Shown here in pieces: positions 39,528-51,359 of a stretch of 64,000 nucleotides of DNA. Below the pieces are notes generated by a model. That model saw only the letters and a list, made by a program, of their open reading frames with translations, was not told the origin of the DNA and did not search any database. The stretch comes from Octopus sinensis (taxonomy: Eukaryota): positions 33,294,001 to 33,358,000 of the forward strand of contig NC_043007.1 in assembly GCF_006345805.1 (NCBI RefSeq). The letters are read 5' to 3'. Numbering within the stretch: the stretch's first letter is position 1; the number at the start of each line of letters is the position of its first letter. Position numbers and translations under genes: made by a program.

Positions 39528-39903
39528 TTATTCTTTTACTTGTTTCAGGCATTTGACTGTGGCCATGCTGGAGCACTACCTTGAGGGGTTTTAGTTGAAG
39601 AAATCGACCCCAGGACTTATTTCTTAAGTCTGGTACTTATTCTATCAGTCTCTTTTACCAACCTACTGAGTTACAGGGACATAAACACACCAATACTGGG
39701 GACAAACATAAGCAAAGACACAGACACACACACACACACACACGATGGGCTTCTTTCAGTTTCTGTCTACAAAATCCACTCGCAAGGCTTTGATTGACCC
39801 AAGGCTATAGTAGAAGACACTTGCCCAAAGCCCCCCAGAGAGGGACTGAACCTGGAACCATGATGGTTGGAAAGCAAACTTTTTACCACACAGCCACACC
39901 TAC
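39528..39903 (-). mobile_element. SINE family A
   Basis: Diverged full-length match. Confidence 0.8.
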
Positions 39904-40794
39904 AAACACAGAAGAAAACAAAACAAAAAGAAAAAGTAAATGAAATAAAGGTAACTCATTTTGGACCTTTAAATGAGGGATCAGACCCCCTATTGTTTTG
40001 ATTGAAGCAATGCTGGAGCACTGTTTTGAAGAATTATTTAGTGAATAAATCAACCCCGGTACTTTTTTTTTTTGAGCCTGGTACTTATTCTATTGATCAC
40101 ATTTTTGCCAAACTGCTAGATTACAGGTGTGAAAACAAACCAACACCTGTTATCAAGTGGTTAGGGAGGCACGTAAAAGCACCCACTACACTCTTGGAGT
40201 GGTTGGCATTAGGAAGGGCATCCAGCTGTAGAAACTATGCCAGATCAAGATTGGAGCCTGGTGCAGCCATCTGGTTCGCCAGTCCTCAGTCAAATTGTCC
40301 AACCCATGCTAGCATAGAAAGTGGACATTAAACAATGATGATGATAATGATAATGATATACACAACAGGCTACTTTCAGTTTCCGTCTACCATTTCCACT
40401 CACAGGGCTTTGGTTGGCCCAAGGCTGAAGCAGAAAACATTTGCCCCAAGGTGCCACACAGTGGGAATGAACCCGAAACCATTTGGTTAAGAAACAAGCT
40501 ACTTACCACAGAGCCATTTGTGTGTGTGTGTGTGTGTGTAAGTGTGCGCCTGTATATTCATTCATGCACTTATACTCATAAAACCATACCTCAATTATAT
40601 ATTCATAAAAAGAAATGAATACATACATATTTATAAATACTGATGTATATGTATGTATGTGCATATATATCATTTAGCATCCATTTTCCATGCGGATGTT
40701 AAACAATGATGATGTCTATGCATATTTTCATTCATACACTAACATACCCTTCATATATATATCTATATCTATATCTATATACATACATATATAT

Positions 40795-40853
<59 letters not shown>

Positions 40854-40861
40854 ATATAATA

Positions 40862-41713
40862 GGTGAATTGAAGAAATGGAGCTGAACGCAGATTGAACAG
40901 AAATCGTTTTATTTCATTCTACACGTGTTCGAAAGGCACAAATTACCAAAATCCGATTGAATAATGGGACCATATTGTGTCTTTCTCTTCAGGAAGAAAA
41001 AAGGAAATCCGTTGGAAAAACAAAAACAGAACAGAGGCAGAGCAAAAAACAAATCGAACTGTGCTCCTAAGAGCCCATGGCGAAACTGTTTATCAGTGTA
41101 TGTTGAGAACCGGTGGCTGAAGAATTCACAGGTCAGGCATCGGTCAAACATGTGGGTGGGGGTGTATAGATGTTCTTTGTGACCGAGAATAAAGTTCTGA
41201 CTATTTAAAGAATATTGGATGTTTTATAAGGGGCGAGAAAAAATCTACTTAGAGACGTGTGTGTGTGTATACTGTTCTATATATGTGTGCGTATATAGAA
41301 CAGTATACACACACACACGTCTCTAAGTAGATTTTTTCTCGCCCCTTATAAAACATCCAATATTCTTTAAATAGTCAGAACTTTATTCTCGGTCACAAAG
41401 AACATCTATACACCCCCACCCACATGTTTGACCGATGCCTGACCTGTTGAATTCTTCAGCCACCGGTTCTCACATACACTGATAAACAGTTCGCCATGGG
41501 CTCTTAGGAGCACAGTTCGATTTGTTTTTTGCTCTGCCTCTGTTCTGTTTTTGTTTTTCCAACGGATTTCCTTTTTTCTTCCTGAAGAGAAAGACACAAT
41601 ATGGTCCCATTATTCAATCGGATTTTGGTAATTTGTGCCTTTCGAAACACGTGTAGAATGAAATAAAACGATTTCTGTTCAATCTGCGTTCAGCTCCATT
41701 TCTTCAATTCACC
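40862..41713. repeat. 852-bp near-perfect inverted repeat (arms 40862-41283 and 41292-41713, 8-nt loop TGTGTGCG)
   Basis: Arms differ only by 4 single-base indels in short homopolymers; no substitutions seen. Confidence 0.97.
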
Positions 41714-41814
41714 AATAATGTTTTAATTTCAATTATCCGCACCAACGCACGGTTGCAACGCCAGATGGTTGTACCTCCAACCGTGCTGTTCACTGCTGTG
41801 ATTTTTGCTACTAA
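41340..41814 (+). promoter_or_regulatory. Possible promoter and non-coding first exon
   Basis: CCAAT and TATAAAA/TTTAAATA motifs, non-repeat sequence, donor-like CTAAG/GTATCG near 41815. Confidence 0.25.
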
Positions 41815-42804
41815 GGTATCGGTTAAACTTTTGATTAATCCACTACAAGATTATTCATCTTTCTATTTCACATTATATATATATATATATATATATGGAT
41901 GGAAATAATTGCATAGTGTTCAAATCGACAACAATATTAAAAATGAACTGAGTACTGGAACTAGAGTAGATAAGTATGTTGAAGATAACACAGAATAGAT
42001 TCTATAAAAAGCTATTAAACTACATTTCAGCTTCTACATATATCTGAATTAACTTTCTCCTGTGTATATCAGTAAGAACGTAAACACAAGCAAGCAAAAC
42101 CAATGAAGCTTATGTTACCAAACAAAAATGCCTTGTGGTGTTATTTCGCTTGTGTTGCATAGATTACTACTTTGTCACTTTCGCCATCATAAATGCAGTG
42201 AACTCTTGATGGACCCATCAGAAATCTGTAACCAAGGTTACCATTGTTTACTATATGAGATATAATTAAAATATAAAAATAATTCCAACTCCAGACACAT
42301 CACTGTTGCTACTTTATAGTCTTGGCGATAAGATATTTACAAACCATTGCCTCCTTTATTGATAATCTAACTTTATTCCAACTCGGTGAGCCATGAGATA
42401 GAAAGAGACGATGATGATGCAAGCAAATTGGTGAGTCCAGATATTGTTATTTTTTAATTTTTTTTTTTTTTTTGTTGTACTCAGTCTTCAGTAAAAACAG
42501 AAGTTTAAAAAAAAAAAAATATAGAAAAAATAATAATAAAAATAAACTACACTTATCTTTTACGCAAGAAAAATAAAACTCACATGAAAGAAAAGAATCA
42601 CTTGGCTGATTGAAACGAACGTTCTAAGAGAAAAAAAATGTATTTCATGATTTATCTGCCAAAATTTAATGAAAAGGCAAGTAAATTTAAAACAACAGCT
42701 TATATTATAACTACAAAAATAAAAACACAAACTAATTTAAAAATACCTTTAAGTGAATAATAAAAGAACAACTAAAATCTTTTATAAAATAAGTTCAAAG
42801 AAGT

Positions 42805-43150
42805 CTGTGTGGACTAAGTAGTTTGACTTGTAACTGAGAGTTTTCTGGTTCAATCCCACTCCTATTGCATGGCACTCTGGGTCAGTGTCTTCTACTCAAG
42901 GCATGAGATAACCAATGCCTTGTGAAGATATTTGGTAGATAGAAACTGTGGAAAATCATGATTTTATATATATATGTGTGTGTGTGTGTCTATGTCCCTG
43001 TAACTTAGCAGCTCAGCAAAAGTGACCGATAGGATTAGTACTAAGCTTGGAAATTAAAAATAAGCCTTAGGGGTCAAATTGTTTGACTAAAACACTTCAA
43101 AGTAGTGCTCCAGCATGGTCACAAGCAAATGACTGAAACAAGTAAAGGAA
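42805..43150 (+). mobile_element. SINE family A, old copy
   Basis: Diverged match. Confidence 0.7.
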
Positions 43151-43209
43151 TAAAACAAAAGAAGAATATATATATATTGATTAAACCTCGCCAAGTTAAA
43201 TATTTCAAT

Positions 43210-43272
43210 CACCTGAAGAATGACTGTAACTCGAATTTTTACGAATTGGACAGCCATGAAACGATCCTAGTG
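43210..43272 (+). ncRNA. Hammerhead-like motif H4
   Basis: CAC-CTGAAGA-ATGACTGT-AACTCG[AATTTTTA]CGAATT-GG-ACAGCCAT-GAAAC-GATC-CT-A-GTG; helix III is one change from the ACGATCGT palindrome. Confidence 0.55.
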
Positions 43273-44399
43273 TTATACTAATTATCTTTTTTTAATAATT
43301 TTGATATATATTTAAAATAATATAAATTAATTAATCTTATGTATTGGCTTAAGTTTTTCATTGTATGATTTGCCTAATAGTGGTTTTATCTCTAATTTGA
43401 TATCATATATATATATATATATATATATTTTTAAAGGCATTGCTCCAGCATGGCTGCAGTCAAATGACTCAAACAAATAAAAGAATAAAAGAATATATAT
43501 GTTACCAGTTTTGAAACTAATTATTATTTCTTCCTTTATGTTCACACAGAAGACTGGAAGACGGCTGCCACTTCTATGAGAGTGACACTCATAACTACGC
43601 TATGATCTTACAAGGAGTCATACACACGCACGCGCACACACACACACACACACCTCTAATATATGATGGACTTCTTTCAGTTTCCGTCTACCAAATCCAC
43701 TCACAAGGTTTTGGTTGGCATGGGGCTAACATAGAAGATATTTGCCCAAAGTAAGAGGAGGGATATATGTAGGTAGATACTGAATTTCTCTGAGTAAAAA
43801 GCCAAGGCTGGTTCCTTCTGATGGTGCATTTCTTAGTAATCTTCCTTTAGCCCTAATCTGATGTTCCCAGTTTATTTCTTGGATATTTTAGAGTGTAAAG
43901 TACAATAGAAAAATGTCATGGTTTACTTCTACTGCCAAACCTAATTCAAACTAGTTGCAGAGGAAAATTCTTCTGTCATACTTATATCCCAAGAAGAGAT
44001 TCTACTTATAATGCATAAATTGCTGCATATGAATACACAACAATATGTAGTTGGTGTAATCGAAACATGTGTTGGACTATTATTATGAATAAACTAGCTG
44101 ATCTCTCGTTAAAAGGTCCAAAATTAGTTTACTTTATTTTATTTGCTTTTTCTTTTTGTTTTGTTTTCTTCTGTGTTTGTAGGCCTGGCTGTGTGGTAAA
44201 AAGTTTGCTTCCCAACCATCATGGTTCCAGGTTCAGTTCCACTGTGTGGTGCCTTGGGCATGTGTCTTCTACTATAGCCTTGGGTCAATCAAATGAAAGA
44301 AGCCCATAAAGTTTGAATATTCAAATTCTTGATTCTCCTTAATATTAATATATATATATCTATATATATATATGTATGTATATATATATATGTATGTGT

Positions 44400-44690
44400 G
44401 GAGGTGCAATGGCCCAGTGGTCAGGGCAGCGGACTCACGGTCATAGGATCGCGGTCTCAATTCCCAGTTTATTGAGCGAAAACACCTAAAGCTCCACGAG
44501 GCTCTGGCAGGGGGTGGTGGCGATCCCTGTTGTACTCTTTCACCACAACTTTCTCTCACTCTTTCTTCTGTTGGCCTGCTTGCTTAGCCAGCAGGGTGGC
44601 ATCATTTGAAGGCTAAAACAATGCAAAGCGCATTGTGACCAGCGATGTGTAGCAACATCTGATAGTCTGGTCGGTCATGGTGATGACGGT
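44400..44690 (+). mobile_element. SINE family C
   Basis: Matches 13255 and 49168. Confidence 0.85.
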
Positions 44691-45746
44691 GATGTATGTA
44701 TGTATATACATATATATATGTATATGTATAGGTACATGTGTATATATCTATCTCTTTATGAGGCTATTATGTTAGCAATATTTAATTATTCACTCTTCCA
44801 TGCTTTACCCTGCCTCTCTCTTTCATCAGAATAGATATCTAACCAAAGATCAATAAGTATCTATTATAATGTAAGTCCTCCACTTTTATCACTCATTTTT
44901 CCTCTATGTGCCAGGTAAAATACAAAGGATCTTTAAGAATAATGACGCACTAAAATAATCTATTTATTAGCAATATATTAGACTGACAACAGTGACAGTA
45001 GGCTGCAAATACACACACATGTATATATTAATGTTTGTTTTTTTGCATAGATAAGCACAAATTGAAGGATCACTGAATACTTTTAAGTACAGTCATTATT
45101 ATTACTCTTTTCTTTTACTTGTTTCAGTCATTTGACTGTGGCCATGCTGGAGCACTGCCTTTAGTCGAGCAAATCAACCCCAGGACTTATACTTTGTAAG
45201 CCTAGTACCTATTCTATCGGTCTATTTTGCCCAACTGCTAGGTTACATGTACATATGTGTGTGTGAATCTGTGTATGATTGTGTTTTGTCTTGACAATAG
45301 TGATTGTTGTAAATGAGAGTCACTGTCATACAAGCAGTGTCATTCATTTCCTGATATTTTCGGAAATCATGTCCAGCTAAGGTGACATATCAACTGGCAT
45401 CGAAACAACTGAGGGTTGGCAAAAGGTAAAAGAAATGGCATCCAGCTGTAGAAAATATGACTCAAATACTGTCCGACCCATGCAAGCATGAAAAAGTGGA
45501 TGTTAAAAACGATGATGATGATAATGATAACTCTACTTAAGAGTACTGAGTGATCATTCAATTAGTGTTTATCTAAGCATAAAAACAAACATTAATATAT
45601 ATATATATATCAAAGGTGGTGTGTTATATATATATATATATATATATAGTTAATCCAAACATGAAAGCACAAAGAGAAAAACACAACAATGCAAGGACAT
45701 GGAACAAGTATAGTGTTATTGAATGCTATACATATACATATACATA

Positions 45747-45789
<43 letters not shown>

Positions 45790-45839
45790 CATGTATATGT
45801 GTATATATATATATATATGTGTGTTTGTGTGTGTGTGTG

Positions 45840-45872
<33 letters not shown>

Positions 45873-45937
45873 TTATATATATATTATATATTTATATATA
45901 TATTATATATACATGTATATGTGTATATATATATATA

Positions 45938-46210
45938 TCATCATCGTCGTTTAACGTCGTTCTCCATGCTAGCATGGGTTGGACGGTTCGACCGGGGTCT
46001 GGGAAGCCAGAAGGCTGCACCAGGCTCCAGTCTAATTTGGCAATGTTTCTACAGCTGGATGCCCTTCCTAACGCCAACCACTCCGTGAGTGTAGTGGGTG
46101 CTTTTTACGTGCCACCTGCACAGGTGCCAGGCGGGGCTGGCAACGGCCACGGTCAGATTGGTGTATTTTATGTGCCACCGGCACGGAAGCCAGTCGAGGC
46201 GGTGCTGGCA
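45938..46210 (-). mobile_element. Family E retroposon
   Basis: Low-divergence copy preceded by (CAT)n. Confidence 0.85.
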
Positions 46211-46315
46211 TATATATATATATGTGTGTATCTGTTCGTAATTACTATTGCTGGCATCAGTCTAATATATTTCTTCTAATGTGATAACTAGAAATGTGAA
46301 GCCTTTGTATGTTTT

Positions 46316-46415
46316 TTTCCTGATGAAAAGGTGTTGCCTTTGGATTTCCTGAATGGATTGTACAGGATTGTACATTAACAATGTGAAGCAGCATCTTTTG
46401 AAACGCTAGTAGAGA
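46316..46415 (+). ncRNA. Hammerhead-like motif H5 (intact CUGAUGA, GAAA, GUA) with long stem II
   Basis: TTTC-CTGATGA-AAAGGTGTTGC...GCAGCATCTTT-T-GAAAC-GCTA-GT-A-GAGA; 11-bp stem II with 2 G-U pairs. Confidence 0.65.
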
Positions 46416-46620
46416 TGGGCTTGAATGGACTCTGTTCTGGTTACCTTACACCATATTTTTTATATCTATATTCCTGCATTTTTATATATTCATATTATTT
46501 TACTTCCATTGCTCTGAATTTTTCGTCAACTTTATTATGCATTAATTTATTCCATGCATTTTCCTTCATTCTGCTTCACTCGTATTACCCATTTAGGTTT
46601 TATCACCTTTTATTCATGTA

Positions 46621-47133
46621 CTAGCAGTATCGCCCGGCGTTGCTCGGGTTTGTAAGGGAAATAACTATATAAGCATTTTTAGAGAGTTACTTCCCTTATA
46701 GATGCCAATTCGGGCTTTCTTAGCCATTTCTCTTTTGGTGTCTTCAAGCCATGAAGTCGTTGTTCTAAAAGAACGCTGGTCTCCTTGACAACGCTTTACG
46801 ACGTTGATTTCCTTACACTCCCTTCCCCACAGCTTCACGAGGGAAGGAAGAAGGGGGAGAAGCAAACAGGTGCAGGTGTGACCATGGACGCCAACTCCGC
46901 CGCCATCGACACACGAAAAATTATGCATTAAAATGGAATAAACAATGATGTTAAATTATTTTTAAAATCGTAGACTCATCGTAGACGCACGCTAATACTC
47001 AGACGGGCTCGATATGAATCACGACTATAAGATACCCGAATTTGGTTAAACTGCACCGCAAAATGTGGGAGTAGTTAGGAATCTAAATCGAAGGGGACAG
47101 ACACTCACACAACTACAGTTTTATATATATAGA
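46621..47133 (-). mobile_element. Non-autonomous Helitron, both ends intact
   Basis: Minus strand reads A|TC...CCCG[AGCAACGC]CGGG...CTAG|T. Confidence 0.88.
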
Positions 47134-47406
47134 TATGCGTATACTTTACATTGTTGGGCTTTACCACTGGCTGCTTATCGTTTTAATATATATTTACATT
47201 CGATTTTTGATAATTTGCTAATGATATAAAGTTGTTTTGACCGATTGGTATATTTCTTCATTATACCTTTCAATTTATTTCTCCTTTCAGCTCTGTATCA
47301 CCTGAAAACTTCCAGCTGCAGTCCTATTTATATTTTTGTTTTTGTTCTCCGGTTTAACGAAATTGTTTTTTGGTTTAACGAAGTTATAAAATTATCCTAT
47401 TATATC

Positions 47407-47441
<35 letters not shown>

Positions 47442-47442
47442 C

Positions 47443-47660
47443 TTTACTCTCTCTTTTACTTGTTTCAGTTATTTGACTGTCGCCATGCTGGAGCACTGCC
47501 TTTAGTCGAGCAAATCGGCCCCAGGATTTATTCTTTCTAAGCCTAGTACTTATTCTATTGGTCTCTTTTGCTGAACCGCTAAGTTACGGGGACATAAACA
47601 CACCACCATCAGTTGTCAAGCAATGTTGGCGGGGACAAACACACACACACATATATACAT
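47443..47660 (-). mobile_element. SINE family A, tail half
   Basis: Partial match ending in microsatellite. Confidence 0.8.
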
Positions 47661-48129
47661 ATACATATACATATATATGTGTGTGTGAGTGTGTATGTGT
47701 GTCTGTGTATGTGTGTGTGTCTAAGTGTGTGTGTGTGTTAGAAATTGTGTTACTCTTACCTTTAGATCTCCATATAGATTATCATAATCCAGCCTGCTTC
47801 ATGCATAGCAGTAAAGAAGCTTCTATATTCAGTAATATTACTAGTTATGAATAACAGGGTAAATGTAGGAGAAATAAGGATAAACATAGATTTATATTAT
47901 GGCCCCTAAAAGCATTTCACTTTTTATAGTTGTTTTGGAATCCTGCAACAGGTATTCCAAAAGCATTTAGCTCAACCACAAGGGATCACCAGGGCAACAC
48001 TTCGTTGAATATGTATGCAATAAAGTGTTCTCTGATGATAAATTGCGGTTGGGCTTCCGTTTTTCATGTTGGTGAACACCAGCAACCTTAAATTGCTTGG
48101 CTCCATCAATCAGGCATTTAAGTACACGT

Positions 48130-48160
<31 letters not shown>

Positions 48161-48689
48161 TACACACACACACACACACTTACATATACACATCTGTGTG
48201 TGAATATATACACTATACATGTGTACGAATAGGTAAACAACGAACAGATGGAGGTAGGTTTGGGTAGACGGAGGAAAAGACAAACAAATAGACAAACAGA
48301 CAGACAGATAGATAAGTACCTATTTAAGTAGGTTCACAATTAGTAGGAATATATTGATTGCTCTCAAATGACCTAAATAATTAACCCATCTTTAGCGCTT
48401 TTTTTCCCCCCCTTTTTTTTTCTTCTTTCATCCTTGTTGCATTTACAAAACCTCACGCCATCCCCACTCTTCACCTGCTTCTCTGCACCATCACCACCAC
48501 CACCACCACCACCACCACCACCACTACCACCACCACTACCACCACCACCACCACTAGTACTAAACCTAAACAACAAAATGCTTTCTATCTAGGTTTCTGC
48601 CTCTTTAATTCTTCCTCTTATCTTAGCTTTCTCATCAACCACCAAGCAGCTGGGATTTCACTTCTCTCGCCACCAGCAACCACAGACAT

Positions 48690-49130
48690 GCTTATATTTA
48701 TTATCTTTCATCTTCCATCACTTGCACATTGCTCTCCTTCAGTATCTCCATATTTTTTCAAAGCCTTTTTATATGTTTTGTCGCCACTGCCACCTCCCCT
48801 TCTCCCTCCTCTCCTTCCCTCTCATACATCTCCCCTTGTCACCTTTCTCCTCCTCCTTCTTGCCTCATCACTTTCCTTCTCCTTCTTTTCTTCCTTTCCG
48901 TCATCACTTTCCTCCTCCTTCACTTCCTCTCCCCGCTTCATTCCTTCTCTCACCCCTTTTCTCTTCCTTCTCTTCCTCTTACGACCCCTCCTCCTCCCCC
49001 TCACACCCTTTCCCCTCCCACAAATTTCCTCCCCTCTACTTTTCATTCTTTTCTCTTCCTTATTATCCTTCATTCCCAGCTCCCCGTCCTCTTCTTTTTC
49101 ATTCCTCCTACCCACCAAATTTCTACATAT
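48690..49130. repeat. Polypyrimidine low-complexity tract
   Basis: Directly visible; explains four overlapping ORFs. Confidence 0.9.
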
Positions 49131-49135
49131 TCTGC

Positions 49136-49167
<32 letters not shown>

Positions 49168-49169
<2 letters not shown>

Positions 49170-49472
49170 GAGGCGCAATGGCCCGGTGGTTAGGGCAGCG
49201 GACTCGCGGTCGTAGGATCGCAGTTTCGGTTCCCAGACCGGGCATTGTGAGTGCTTGTTGAGTGAAAGCACCTAAAGCTCCACGAGGCTCCGGCAGTGGG
49301 TGGTGGCGATCCCTGCTGTACTCTTTCGTCACAACTTTCTCTCACTCTTTCTTCTGTTGGCCTGCCCGCTTAGCCAGTGGCGGGGTGGTGTCATTTGAAC
49401 GCTAAAACAATGCAAAGCGCATTGTGACCAGCGATGTGTAGCAACATCTGATAGCCTGGTCGGTGACGGTGA
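49168..49472 (+). mobile_element. SINE family C
   Basis: Full-length. Confidence 0.9.
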
Positions 49473-49687
49473 TATATATATATATATATATATAATATAT
49501 ATATGTATAAGAAATCACTACTACTACTACTACACTGTCGGATTTGGCAGAATCGGTTAAGACATCAGACAAATACCTTTCTCTAATATAAAGGTTCAAA
49601 TTCTGCCAAAAGGTCAACATCACATTGCTTCTCTCATCCTCTCTTTTGAAATTAATTTCATCTTTAAGAAGTATATATATTTATAGG

Positions 49688-50003
49688 ATCACTCCGTCGG
49701 TTATGACAATGAGGGTTCCAGCTGACATGACCAATGGAACAGCTTGCTTGTGAAATTAACGTGCAAGTGGCTGAGTACTCCACAAACACGTGTGCCCTTA
49801 ATGTTGTTCTCAGGGAGATTCAGCCTGACACAGGGTGTGACAAGGCTGGCCCTTCGAAATACAAGTACTACTCATTTTTACCAGCCGAATGGATTGGAGC
49901 AACATGAAATAAAGTGTCTTGCTCAAGGACACAACATGTCACCGGGAATTGAACTCATGACCTTATGATCGTGAGCTGAATGCTTTAACCACTAAGCCAT
50001 GCA
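49688..50003 (-). mobile_element. CORE-type SINE, tail D
   Basis: Matches 7862-8168. Confidence 0.85.
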
Positions 50004-50005
50004 CC

Positions 50006-50037
<32 letters not shown>

Positions 50038-50058
50038 TAGACACGGAGAAATATATAG

Positions 50059-50504
50059 TTGGAATCTAGAGAACTCAAATATCGGTACAAACTATCAAAC
50101 CACCCCACTAATTTTTTTTTGAAACTGATTATATTTTAAATCAATCAAGAATATTAAGCATTCTCTAAAAACTATACTTCAGTGCCTTTTCAACTTTATT
50201 CACAGAAGTTTCATTTTTGCTACAGTGACTGGTTTAAAATATGACTGTTTTTGATTTAACCATCTTATCAAATATCAGAAAGAATTTGTTTGGAATTCAG
50301 AGAAAAAATTTTTTAAATGGGTGGTTTAACACTTTCCATCTATATTTGAGTTCTTGGAATCTAGAGAACTCAAATATAGGTACAAACTATCAAACCACCC
50401 CACCAATTTTTTTTTTGAAACTGATTATATTTTAAATCAATCACTGTATCAAGAATATTAAGCATTCTCTAAAAAATATACTTCAGTGCCTTTTCAACTT
50501 TATT
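50059..50504. repeat. Direct repeat of about 145 bp (50059-50200 and 50354-50504)
   Basis: TTGGAATCTAGAGAACTCAAATAT...CAACTTTATT occurs twice, 295 bp apart. Confidence 0.92.
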
Positions 50505-50556
50505 TACTTTCTTTTTAACTATATGTGTTTATATCTATAAATAAATATATAAAATA

Positions 50557-51270
50557 CAGAGTATATAGATGGTAAATGTTTTTATTTTTCATTCCCTTCA
50601 AGATTTTATCCCTAGTTAGTGGCTTGAACTTTAGCTGTTCCTTCTGGCATAAGGGAGTCCTATGATGGATACCTCTTAATGTGTTTGGAATAACACTGTA
50701 TTTATATGAATAATATATAGCATATTGAATAATTTTTCTATATGCTAGGCCACTGTAGTAAAAATTTCTAAAATCTTTATTACCCTGATATTATTAATTA
50801 TGTATAACGATTTCTGGAAAATCATTCGAAGAAACTGCCAGAACTTTTCTGCTGCCGACAAAATACTGCTCTTGCGCACTGGATTTAAAAGTATTAGAGT
50901 GTATAAGCAAGAGGCACATGTTGGACTTGCCTCGTGCTTATATATTTAATCTTGGTGTACCTGTTGATGAAGATTTCGCCTAGCAAATTATTTTATTTGC
51001 TAAACAAGGTCTGAAACCATGGTCCAGGAAATAGATGGTAAATATTTTTATTTTTCATTCCCATTGAGATTTTATCCCTAGTTAGTGGTTTGAACATCAG
51101 CTGTTCCTTCTGGTGTAAGGGAGTCTTATGATGGATACCTCTTAATGTGTTTGGATGTACATTGTATTTTATATGAATAATATATAGTCTATTGACTAAT
51201 TTTTCTATACACTAGGGCACTGGTAGTAAAAAATTTTAAAATCTTTATTGCCATGATATTATTAATTATA
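50557..51270 (+). mobile_element. Retrozyme/pLTR-like 1.5-mer element: B(50565-50801)-A+hammerhead-B(51031-51269), monomer about 466 nt, ending in (TA)n
   Basis: About 237-nt direct repeats with about 27 differences by manual alignment; the second copy begins just after the predicted cleavage site. Confidence 0.7.
50960..51028 (+). ncRNA. Type-I hammerhead-like ribozyme H7, GUC triplet, predicted cleavage after 51024
   Basis: CCTG-TTGATGA-AGATTT-cgcc-TAGCAAAT[TATTTT]ATTTGCTA-aaca-AGGTCT-GAAAC-CATG-GT-C-CAGG; perfect ACCATGGT palindrome; C3 to U. Confidence 0.75.
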
Positions 51271-51289
51271 TATATATATATATACATAG

Positions 51290-51359
<70 letters not shown>

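Noticed and set aside
50750-51030. Two overlapping 60-codon open frames, one vaguely like a nuclear-receptor ligand-binding motif
   Set aside because: Weak resemblance, no splice support, and they lie within the hammerhead repeat element.
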